A stretch of 64,000 nt of DNA from Sphaeroforma arctica JP610 (lineage: Eukaryota), in assembly GCF_001186125.1 (NCBI RefSeq), contig NW_014040431.1:33656-97655 (forward strand), given 5' to 3'. This document shows positions 11,101 to 22,985 of this stretch, one piece after another. Below the pieces are notes generated by a model. It worked only from the letters and a program-made list of their open reading frames with translations. It made no database searches and was not told the DNA's origin. The position numbers were made by a program, and so were the translations under genes. Position 1 is the stretch's first letter. Each line of letters starts with the position of its first letter.

Positions 11101-14100
11101 GTATACTTCCAATTCTATCTAAATTCTACCCACAATTCTTAAACTACATTTCACGTACATTTTGTTATCCTGTTGCCGATAAGGTATATTGTAAGTGTTA
11201 AGCTGCTATTTTGTATATCAATGTCCTATATCCCGTTGTATTGTTTAAGCCGTATTTCCAACTGTAAAGCATATCGAATTTGATCATCGTGTAGCATTGA
11301 GTGCGGTGTCGCTCTGAAAATCTTTCCTCTGATTTAATATATTCATTCACTTGTAGTGATAGTGCATTCCACTATCTGCTGAGAGAAATGCAATTCTTAA
11401 TCGCACTACATATGCGGCCTGTTACCACGTTTGTTTCATTGCTTTGAGCAATCAAAAGTATCGCGCTGTTGCGATACAAAGTGTATGTATGAATAAGCGA
11501 TGAATGTGTATTGTTACAAGTAGCAGAATCGAAGAATGTGTATTGTTAAAAGTAGTAGAATCAGTGCCGTATATTAGGATACACTACATCCAGCGTGCAT
11601 TCTTTTTACTCTCTTGCGGGTTCCTAAAATACTATACACGACTGTTGGCAATATACATGATTCAGTAGGATATCGTGGTCTCCGCAATTGTCAGCGATTG
11701 GACCATACAGCAAAAAAAAACAAGTGTTATTGTAGTTTTACTTTTAGATTGGATTGTGGTATTCGATGTAACGCCATACATTTTTTTACCAAATATGCTA
11801 TTCTGGACGGTTGAAAATCAATTTTTACGGGACAACTGTTTCGAATAATTATATGAAACCGTTGGGTACTTCAATGCACATGGCCAACAAAAGCATCGAC
11901 ACTACCTCGAAACCTTCAAAATTACTTGTAAGAACCGATGTAATAGATTAAAAAACTAGTCTCTTCGTGGTTGTGGAAACTTAGGCTCCTACAATATAGG
12001 GTCTATTCATTCGTATAATACAGTGAAAACCCTCAAAAATACTTTTAATGACCGATGAAATAAGTAAATATGTATAAACTTCGCGGCCGTGGAAACGTTG
12101 GTTCCTGCAGTATAAGATATGCTTTTTAGTATAATATAGTGAAAGTAACACGTGTATGGTGCGCTGCTTGTACTGTTTATTTCTACAACGACTGCTAAAT
12201 GACCGTCTTTATCAAGCTCAAAACAATAGTCTGGGTTGTAGCTAAGATTATTGTTGTCATTTACTCACTTACCAGATATGCGTGATGAAGAATGACTGGG
12301 CGATTCGGTGGACCTTGCTTACTAATCCTGTTTGCATTTCTATTCTGCAGGGATAGCGACTTATCACATCGTGGTGTTATGTGGTGTTATTTGAAGTCAC
12401 GGCCAATGCCGTAGAGAAGGTAGGTATAAATTTCAATGCAAGAAGTTTCGACGAGACATGAAGCATTTTGATTTCGCTTTGATACCTCAATGTATCATAG
12501 CCCTTGCAATATAGCATACTGCACTGTATGTATTGAGACGCTGGTGGGTTGTAGGTAATTGTACTTGAAAATACGATGGACCGAACTCTACTAGAGGTAT
12601 ATGAAGCTTCCTCCAAGCCCTAATGTAGTTCTTATTGCAACATCTACAGACCGGGGAGTAGTATTTATATATGCCATTATAGTTAATTGAATCCAACACA
12701 AGAACCAATTTTCAGAATGATCATACCATATTTCAATTGTTGGAGTGTATTGAAGTGGCTACCATGATCATAAGGTTTTAATAAGGATTATCGCCTTAAG
12801 ATATGAAATACAAACCAGTACGGTGCAGAGTGATTTATTTTAGTTCAACAACGCCTGCTCAGTTCAGATAAAAATATCAATTTATACGAGAAAATTTATT
12901 AAAAGGACAGCCTACCTTTTTCATGATCTATAGTATTCCGCACCATTGTCATGTGATCTATCTTGAGCTAATAAAAAATTGCATACGTTTCGACAGTCAC
13001 TTTAAGAGTCGAGTATCCGTTCATATAGTTATAATTGAATAGTTGATACTAGTTTACAAAATATAAAATCCCCAGTATGGCATTTTCTAAAGTGTTGTTG
13101 CCGTGCTGTGAAGCTCTTGAGTGACTTTCCAACTGCGGACAGTAGTTCGAAGCTTTGCGACAAAACTGACAATTTTTGTCCATTCTCCGATTCACGAGCT
13201 CTATCAATCCGTACACATCACAAAATCAAACAGATGACAAAAAAATTCAGGATTCAAGAAGCTCTCCCCCAGAACAATTACCCTCATTTTGACCAATGAA
13301 CCTATGACACTGTCAAAGACATACAAACCTACTCCACGTGTATGTACGTACACATTGTACACATATATATATTTCATACACGTGTATATCTGCGTGAAGT
13401 TTCGGTCTATGTTTCGAATAGCCAGCAAACAATAAATTATCTTGTATAGCAGCAGCAAGCAACATCCTTCGCGTGCAAACATACTGTAGTTCCTGGAAAG
13501 AAAGAAGAAATCTTTAGCCGCTACACAATAATACCCCGAGAGGCTGCGACCAGAGAATGTCAACTTGCAACCGTATGTAGCTTATAAACGTGCCTGATAT
13601 TGCTATACCGAACATCAGAAACTGCAATGGAAGAACAGCCATGATGACAACAGACGGAATGGGGTCGGCAGAGGGTACGACGGGTTTCTCAAAGTATAAA
13701 TGCACAAAGACGAATCTGGGGATAACTACATGTGTATAAAATTGTATAGTTAATATCATTCAAGTCGTTTTCTAATTTAAGACTAGAAGATGCTTTGTGT
13801 CTACCTTGCGCTTGACATACATAGCCGCATAACTTACCATATTTATCTAACTTCTATGTGCTCACTCTTGTAGCAGATAGGAGCACCTCAAATTTAGGTA
13901 AAACTGTGCCACCTGCTGTCAGTGTTGAGGTCAAAAAGTTTGTTACTTACTTCCTTGCTGTCACTTATGATAAACCTACAAGAGATCACATTGAAAAGTT
14001 AACAACTCGGTGTGGTAGGCCCTTCAGACACCTTATGTTTTATGCCTGTAAACGTGAGTGGCGAAATGAATGAGTTTTCGATTCAGGCCGTCTGTAGATT

Positions 14101-16482
14101 TATCTGACATATCTAGGGACTCACGAGAAATTTGTGCTCCGTACTGGGCCATTGTAGAATACAACAAAGCACAAACAACAATTGTGAAAATAATACGAAG
14201 CTGCACATTCACTAGTCCTTACAATGTAACCTATAGATTGACAACACCTGCTTGGCATATATAACTTTGAATGGTGTGGTCTAGAGGCAATGAACATCAC
14301 TCCTTTTAAAATGAACGGGGGATCTGCAGAAAATGAAGTCATTCTGTGAACGCCTTGTAAACGTCGCAGAACCACTGAAGATATGCCGGTTCTTTGACCA
14401 ACTATGTGTTTGATTCTCAAAGTATTTCTGGCGTGGCAAGAGCAAGCACATAGATGACTAAAGCTGTGAGTGGCTACTCGCGAGCATAGTACACTGTACT
14501 CCGTACGACCTAACCGATAGACTTAATAATACGGTCTTGGCATGAGCTCGAATGATTGGCGGCAAAAATATGTGGGGGGTCGAGAGATGCCGAACTCAAC
14601 TTGTACAACTGGGCTGGGGATCTGCAAAATATGATCAACGCATTTGGGATGCTTAAGATGGCAACACCGGGTACTATGATCTATGAGCTCGTGAAGTTGA
14701 AAGCAGATAGTATTTAATTTAAGTCTGGGCCTGAAGAACATCTCGACCAAATCTGTGAAGCGTGAGAAATCTAACTCATGATTTGAGGGATATTCTGACT
14801 GCGCACGGATAGTGTGCATCTTATATATTGTATTGGTATCATGCAACAAAGGCGGTGCAGGTCAGAAAGCGATTCAGTAGCGTCTTCCCCCCCCCCCCCC
14901 CCCCCTATGTATATAGAGAGACCTCGCGATGAATATAATAATGTATAATTTTGCGGGAAAGTCTTCCTGAGCATGGAGAAAACAACAGATTTTTTAATAA
15001 TGAAGCAAAAAAAATACAAGCTTTGGAATCCTTGACACAGCCGTCCAAATAGCTGCCTGGGTCAGACTACTTCCAGGATATGCACCAGAGGTAACTATAT
15101 ACATATATACATACTCATATATACGTAAGTAAGTACACATAAGTAAACTTTTGTTGCACATCTGCAACAGAGGTGCATCTCTTATTTATATAATGATGCA
15201 CTAAAAACACTCTGTTATTCTCTAAGATTAACTGCAGCCACAACTCTATGGTGGTGATATGATTTCAGTACAAATGACTGATATTGCCGACTACAACTCG
15301 GTCTTCAGGGAGCTCATGGCGTTTCCTTGATTGTCGAATGTATTGCATACTGCGAGAGGCGGATGCTCGCATAAATTGTTCTACTCATATTATGGTGCAA
15401 ACCGCAAGTAACCAAATACTTTAATTACGGTAGAGACCAGAAAAATCACAGACACCAGCACAGCCGGAGAAAATCGTGTAGGCCTTTGTCAATCTTATGC
15501 ATGTATGTGTATTTTGTTGTAGATATACATCCTGGTGTAGGTGAATATAAACTAGCTTTTGTTGCAGGCTATGCATAGCGAGATATGCCCAGTACCACGA
15601 ACATGCACTTGGGTTTCTAAACGCTTAAAGCAGTAAATTATAGATAAATATATCTTGTGGTTTCTGTTGTCAACCTTGCCATTTCATCCGTGTGCATTCG
15701 CCATCATGATATCGATGTTATTAGCATGCTTGGTGTTGCTTCTTACACACCACCTTCTCGTGAAGTAGGTAGCGACTTTGGGACCATGGTATCGGCGCGA
15801 ATTTCACTGCACCACTAGATTCCCTATGACGCTGCTCCGTGCTCACAATTGTAATCACCGGTCGCTTCGCATGTCTAGCGTTGCGACTCCCGCACGAGAG
15901 ATTTCAAATTTGTTCTTTAATTTTAGATGAAACTTGCTGTTCAACGTATATCATAAAAAAGGGAGTATCTTCAGTACTTAGCAGTACACCGGTCACTGGA
16001 GGAGAGCTTTAACACGTATTGGGAATATCTGCTTGTAGGCATCGTTAACTCATCCTGCACGATGTCGTCACAAGCGAGAACTGATAAACTCTGGTGATCC
16101 CCTGAAATTGCCAAAATTCAAGTCATACACTGTGGAATGGTGTGGTAGACAACGTATTTAGCATTCCCGAGTTTAGCATTCCCCACGGTATGCATAGATC
16201 ACGGTAAGAATAGATAAATATCATCGGGAACCATCTTGAACCCCGCTCTTCATTCTAGCGGCAAAAATGTACCATCGGTTGTGAATGTGTTCGCAATCAA
16301 ATTTATTTTGCTTTTAATTACAACAACTTTGTTTATATGTTTCTCTGCATACCTTGTCGTGTGATCAGCGGTCAAATGCGCACCTTATATATATTGCGGT
16401 ATGTTTGTCCGTGAATAGTCTCTACCACACAAGCGTTGACACGTAGAGCTGGTGCACTTGAACTATTCATCTAATTTAGAAA

Positions 16483-17283
16483 TGTAAGATTCGGTCTATT
16501 AAGACGACATTAACGCCTTAGAGTAATTAAACGCGTAGGTAAAATCTAAGTATCGTGATAATTTCAAAGTAAAGAAACGAAATGAGTCTTTTAGTAAAGT
16601 TAGGTATGCCTCGTGAAAACAGCAATACTCTGCGGGATTGTGAGGCTGAGACATTGCCTATATATAATCCTCTCAGTACTGTTTTCGCCGAAGGGATTTT
16701 TTTTAGTGTTTCGTTGTCGCTCTATTAGAAACTAGGGTATGTTTCGTTGTCGCTCTATTAGAAACTAGGGTATGTTTCGTTGGGGCGAATCTGAGAGACT
16801 CTTAAAATCCTATTTTTAGAAAAAATAGTAAAAAGAAAAAGAGAATACTCTCGATGTCTTTTGTTATTGTCTTAACCAATAACTTTCCACTTATCAAGAA
16901 TTACCGACTTAGCCTTCATCAGACTGGCACATCTGGTTGGCTGATCAGAGGTTAAACTAGGTAACGTGAATGGTCCCTAGAAACTATATTCGGTTGAGCC
17001 ATCTCGCTACCGAAGTATTCAGATATAAATAAATTTGGAAAGTAAATATAGTTCTATTAATAGGACTAGACCAACTCTTATGTTTGGTATTCTACTGGGG
17101 CCTTTTAATGGCCTTGTCCAAATATCTGATATGTATAATGGAAAAGGTATTAATTAATAAAACCGTTAAAACCCATTTAGGAAACTTAAGTTCCTCGTGC
17201 TATTAAGAGTACGTTTATAGTTTGCGTACTGCTTAAGAGTACGTTTATAACATAGAGTCTAATGTGGAGGCCCGGTTATTACA
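16483..17283 (-). mobile_element. Solo LTR of the Ty3/Gypsy family found at 22098-26046
   Basis: TG...CA termini (TGTAAG...ATTACA). Flanked by a 4-bp direct repeat GAAA (16479-16482 and 17284-17287). Aligns along its whole length with the LTR at 22098-22846. Confidence 0.9.
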
Positions 17284-19179
17284 GAAATTAGTGTATCATT
17301 AGCACTAGCCACCTCCTGTACTCAGGCATCACGAGCAGTTTCGCGGCCTGTAAGTACTTTTCTATTGTAGTTGTCGACAGTGTTTTGATTGTCACAATAG
17401 GTGGTCGAATAAATCTTTCGAATGCACATATACTTTCTCTTTCACTGCTAAACAAGACGGACTCGGTATCACAAGCAATTGGTTAGAACACTTTGCTGGA
17501 AGAGCTTATTTTCTTTGTATTCTACCTGAAGTATTGTGTGGTAGGAAAACGTTGGTCAGCGCGAGCCTCACACACAGGAACCGCTTTCCCTCCGATACAA
17601 CCTCTAGAACGAGTACATAATATATCGTGATAGTACATACTTCGACTTAATCTACTACAGCATGGAAATTTTAGTTTGCACTGAAAATGAGAGGGCAGTA
17701 CAATATAGGGCACCTACACACCAATTTTCAATCGTCTCCGAGCATATTTTGGAACCTTGCCCAAATGTACAACGTTTTCTGCTGCCACACTGTTTAGGAT
17801 CAGTATTTTGTCTGATTTGATTAGCTACTATTTTTTTCCCACTGGTTTTTCATTAATTGCAAACGTAATTCACTTTTTGACCTTTAAACTTCATCAAAGT
17901 GTGTACTTTAGGATCCTACGTGACCACAACATTTCAGAAATCTATTTATCTGCGACGTTTTCTTGTTTTGACACTAGATATTCACATGTTAAATCGTGAT
18001 AGCACGTGATTTGATTTAATCCATTGCAGCATTTGAGAGGAAGTTGGGACACATACTAACAAATTTGTATTGTCTCCAAGCGTACTTTGGAACGGTGATT
18101 GAACGTGTAGTGATCTCCGCTGCCAGGATCAGTATCTTATCTGATCGTAAAAGAATTATTCTTATTTTCACTAGTTATCCACTTGTTTTCCACTAATCGC
18201 GAACATATTTCACTTGATAGTCTTTCAAATTCATCAACGTTTGTGCTGTATGATTTAGAAAAGATCTAAGAAATCCTTGACATTATCTAGCTCTGTAGTT
18301 GTATGTTTATCTACTAATATAGTTTTTGCGGTCAAACGACTTTGAAGGTATCATAAAAATACGATCTGCGAGGGACTGCAGCTAAAGAAATATGTAAATC
18401 ACAACGTAAACATCTTTTGCGAAACTACATTTCGTTTCACTAAGGGCTTAGTAATGGGTCTTAACCAACTTTGCATATTTGTCCTAAAGAAGAAAGTGCC
18501 GATAGAGTGACAGCAATTTTAAATAGGATGAAAGTAAGTATCTGTTGTGCGCTGTATTGGAAAACTTAGCTACTATACTATGAGGGACATCAATAATTTT
18601 ACGCATATTTACAATGAGGCTACGAACGTAGACAGTTTGGACACCCCGCTTATATTGTATTCTCCTATTTAATCACTGGTTATCGTTGCACCGGCTACGC
18701 TACTGCATATGTATAACCAGGCATCGTACATTACAACTAACAAAGATTTGTTGCATGAGTTATCCGGGTATGGCACATTACCGTTCCGACATCGTTGACA
18801 AAATTGTATGCAGCTTGTTTAAGATGTTAGTCTGTCATGAATACAGAGATAATATTTAAAACAGCATTTCACGCTATTTTAGTTGATTATCGAGTTCGAG
18901 TGCAACAAATACGGGCACGTTTAACAGTATATTTGAACAAGTACTGCAGAACGAACTGCAGAACGAATTGCATACAGCAGAGCGGATTGAGGGACGGAAA
19001 TATTGTCTGTATTCATACCTGCAAGTATGTAAATCGAATACTTTACTACTGTACCGCAGCAAAAACTTGGAACGCAGAACGGTGCCCAATACTTGTTCTG
19101 ATTTCCGTGACAACAAAGCGCTGGGGTTGGTAGCATTTAAGCGTATTATCGCCACGATAATATATCACATAATGACTCT

Positions 19180-20152
19180 CTTATTGAATTCAGACCCTGC
19201 CTCTTATTCACCACTCAGTTCTGTTTCAGAACACCAGCTGATGTCTTCGCTTGCAAAAGTCACATCTGTTCTCACTGACGACCGAACTCTACAACCAATC
19301 AGGCTTGAGGCGGATCATCAAAGATCTCCACACGTACCTCGTACTCGATCATATTCCCACTACCGTACAGCACATACTCCTGCACATTCTCCTAAGTCAT
19401 ACCTTCAGGCTACAATGGCAAACATGCCACATCGCACACCACTTCTGATTTCTCCAGATAGTACTAATCCTCTGTTCAACACCGAAGCCACCACGCATAC
19501 GACTGCAACGTTTAGATTACGCGAACACCGTCCCTAGCGCCATATACTTTCGAACTTCTAATATAGACAAACCTATTACAAAAATCAAACCTGCTCTCCT
19601 AAATAGACTCGAACTCCGCACAGTTTCTATCGTCAATATGGTAATGCGACCATTGAAGTGATAGTGAGATTTACCTATATCTACCTCGTATGCCAAGTGG
19701 TCACAAAAGCTTTCAACTGGAAACGTAACAGTTACGCCCACCCCACGCGACTTACAATTCTAAGCAGTAAATAACTAGATTACCGACGTCTCACAGGAAT
19801 GCTCTCCAATGCATCCAATATGTTCGATCATAGACACACGCAACTTTGATTTTATGTTAGATGATACACCCATTTCTGATTACAAATCAATTTCTGAAAA
19901 TCAGAGAAAATCAAACACTAATTTCATCACAACTCCCCCTGCCGGTCGCACCCAATCACGGCAGCTCTCAGACTGCACCTGATACGCTCTCATTTAACCC
20001 CCACTCCACACCCACAACCAGTCCTACTACAGCCACTGGCACGGCAAACACTACTCCCAAATACTATACCCACAGACACGCGCAACACAGCCGCAACCTC
20101 TAAAATTACACCAGGTCCGCTACGACCACACACAGGATGACAAAAAAGAAGC
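19180..20152 (+). mobile_element. Decayed LINE, 5' part (ORF1-like/upstream region), split from 27233-28810 by the piggyBac-like insertion
   Basis: C/A-rich plus-strand ORF remnants. Removing 20157-27232 rejoins the frame into ...RMTKKKP|SSKVLLTGTDSNMDID...LQIITLNAHGL. The left boundary is approximate. Confidence 0.6.
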
Positions 20153-20404
20153 CTAGTGTCTATCCTACCGCCCCTCCCGCCCTGTTGGGCGCTATTTTTA
20201 TTAGGCGAAATCGAATATTGATAAGTTTTCGCATTCGATTTTTTTGTTTGAAAAAAGGTGACGTATTTTGAGCCAATTAAACCAAAGTAATTTAGTCAAC
20301 TCCAATCAATCACTATAAATTTTAAAATTTGGGGTTTTCCGAATTTAATAAAAAATAACTTCTATTTCTATTATAATTGTATATGCATGATGTGTAAGTG
20401 TAGC

Positions 20405-22097
20405 TCAATCCTCGTCGCGGGGATTTAATTCCCGGAGGTGTGCCATGAAGCAGGCCTTGTGTACACCCATACCACACGTACTACATTCATCCCCAGTACT
20501 GCATTTCTTCTTCAAACATCCACTGTACTTGCAGTACTTCCGATAAGCACGCAAACCTTCTACAACCTCCCCAGACTTATTCTTTCTCTTTCTCGTTTCA
20601 ATTTTTTTGATGGGAGTTGCATGTGCGCCTACCCCAGAAGTAGTTACTTCTGGACGGATTGTAATTGCGGCTGTAACTGAACGTGTAACACGTGACTCAT
20701 ATTTATTGTTAATTAATTCCTTTGATAACATCATATAGTAGTTTCGTTGATCAACCTGTTTCTCCGTTGGTGTGCGAGTCCCTTTGTACAACAACAAAAA
20801 CATCAACAATGCACATAGCCAGCAAAGAAGTACCAAAGCGTTGTGCCAGGTTCTAACCTCGAGTTTTTTCTCAAGATTGAGTGTATCCTGCCTGTGTCTA
20901 CTATGTCTATCGACGATATCGTTGTGTGTAAAATACCGATATACTAATTGGGGCTGTTGGCAACGCACTTCATTAGCTGCAATCGTGTTACTGTCATTTC
21001 TCACTCTCTTACGAGAGATGGTGGTACCCGGCTTAGGGATGATATTATTTATTTCAAAAAAGATAAGTTACAATGTATGTATGTTATAATGAATGAACGT
21101 ATGGTATGGCTCTCATAGCCGTTGTAGTGGTTCGGGAAAGATCGATGGGAAGAAGTGGTCAGTAAATTCCCGTTTGAAGCTTGGGCCAAGTGAGTCGACG
21201 ATGGAGGATATGCGCGGAGTCAATTCGGGCCGGTGCTGACAAAGCACTGATACCATCAAATGTGCCATGTATTCGCTTGCTGACCTACTAAGTAGCGTAC
21301 CCACCTTTGTGGTACGGATCGGGTCTGCGCCGTGTACTGCCGTGGAATGGGTTAGTGCAGTGTACGAAATACCGAGTAGGACCAAGTTATCCGTCATAAT
21401 TCGGTCGAGGAGCGAGGATGGGGATGAGCCAATGCCGCACCAGACCAGTGCTGATGAAATACATTATATTTCTATCAGACCAAACCAATGCAATATACTG
21501 GTTATTAGCTGAATCTGTGGTCACCATGGAGAACCAATATCCCTCTCCAGTCAGTTCTTCGCGGCCCAGAATCGTCATGGGAAACATCTTAGTGGCGGTC
21601 TTAATGACACCAGTAAAATGCAACCTTTTTCACGCAACGCAGCGGCCGTGTGATAGCTAGCAAACCAGCTAACACCATAGACGGCACGTACGCTGCCAAA
21701 GTTCTTCTGTACCAAACGCAGAGTTGTCGCTGTACCATGTTGATGGTCAGTTTCATGTTTTCTCTCGTCATCCGCCGACTGCACAAGCTCCAACTTTAAT
21801 AAAAAGTGGCCCTTCCCGCAGCAAGCAGTCCAGATATCACAGCCGGACTCCGGCTTCCGATCCCTAGACACGTAATGGGGCAGGACCCCATTGAGCCACT
21901 GGCCACCAATGCTGTACCATCGGCTCATACTCTCATCCGCGCAAATCACGCTGCTGGCGGTTATTGTGTGATCCTTGTGATCATTGATAGCGTCTACAAA
22001 CCCTTTCACAGGAGACCAGCGGTGGTCTTGACTGTTTGGGTTTAGTGTGTCAGTCGTAGTCTCCGCAAATTGGAGATGCTGGAAAATAGCATCGAAT
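20405..22097 (-). pseudogene. piggyBac-type (DDE_Tnp_1_7) transposase, catalytic core and C-terminal Cys-rich domain, frameshifted
   Basis: Motifs ICADESMSRW, RKPESG, VYGVSWFAS (catalytic D position reads V), FTGVIKTATKMFP, WSDRNIMYFIST, IVDRHSRHRQD and a C-terminal CKYSGC...CSTC...HKACF. Several frameshifts and a ~400-bp insertion. Confidence 0.85.
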
Positions 22098-22846
22098 TGT
22101 AGGTTTCGGTCTATCAAGGCGATATTAACGCCTTAGAGTAAATAAACGCTTAGGTTAAGTCTAAGTATATCAAAATTTAAAAGTAAATGAACGAAATGAG
22201 TATTCTAGTAAATTTAGGTATGCCTCGTGAAAACAGCAATACTCTGAGGGATTGTGAGGCTGAGACATTGCCTATATATAATCCTCTCAGTACTGTTTTC
22301 GCCGAAGGGATTTTATTTAGTGTTTCGTTGTCGCTCTATTAGAAACTATGGTATGTTTCGTTGGGGCGAATCCGAGACTCATAAAATCCTATCTTTAGAA
22401 AATAAAAATAAATAAAAAATACTCTTGATGTCCATAGTTATTGCATTAACCAATAACTTGCCACTTATCAAGAATTACCGACTTAGCCTTCATCAGACTG
22501 GCACATCTGGTTGGCTGAACGGAGGATAAACTAAGCAACGCTAATAGTCCTTAGAAACCTATGTTCGGTTGAGCCATCTCGCTACCGAAGTATTCATATA
22601 TATATAGATTTGGAAGGTTAATATAGTTCTATAAATAGAACTAGACCAAATCTTATATTTGGTATTTTACTGGGGCCTTTTAATGGCCTTGTCCAAATAT
22701 CTGATATATAAAATGGAAAAGGTATTCAATTAATAAAAACCGTTAAAAACCATTTAAGAGTTTACGTACATTTAAGAGTACGTTTTACGTACTATCAAGA
22801 GTACGTTTATATTACAAGATTCTAATGTGGAGGCCCGGCTTTTACA
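22098..22846 (-). mobile_element. 3' LTR of Ty3/Gypsy retrotransposon
   Basis: TG...CA termini. On the minus strand it is preceded by the purine-rich tract GGGTGGGGG (PPT, ~22850-22858) and lies just downstream of the pol stop at 22986. Homologous to the solo LTR at 16483-17283. Confidence 0.9.
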
Positions 22847-22985
22847 CAGCCCCCACCCAGCTTTGAGACACAGGAGAAGCAAGTTGCTCAATCAAGCTGA
22901 TTATGGGTTAAAAAAGCGAGAAAGGAAAACGGGTGGACAACATTAAGTAGCATAACGTATAGTTAATGTTTCTCAGGCGGAGAAG

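Noticed and set aside
8300..16470. Short ORFs in the AT-rich interval, e.g. hydrophobic 13514-13759
   Set aside because: No recognisable domains or consistent exon chain could be supported by eye.
16483..22846. The two LTR copies as the paired LTRs of one element enclosing 17284-22097
   Set aside because: The left copy has its own GAAA TSD on both sides, the interior has no gag/pol, and pol plus PPT lie outside the pair, to the right of the second LTR.
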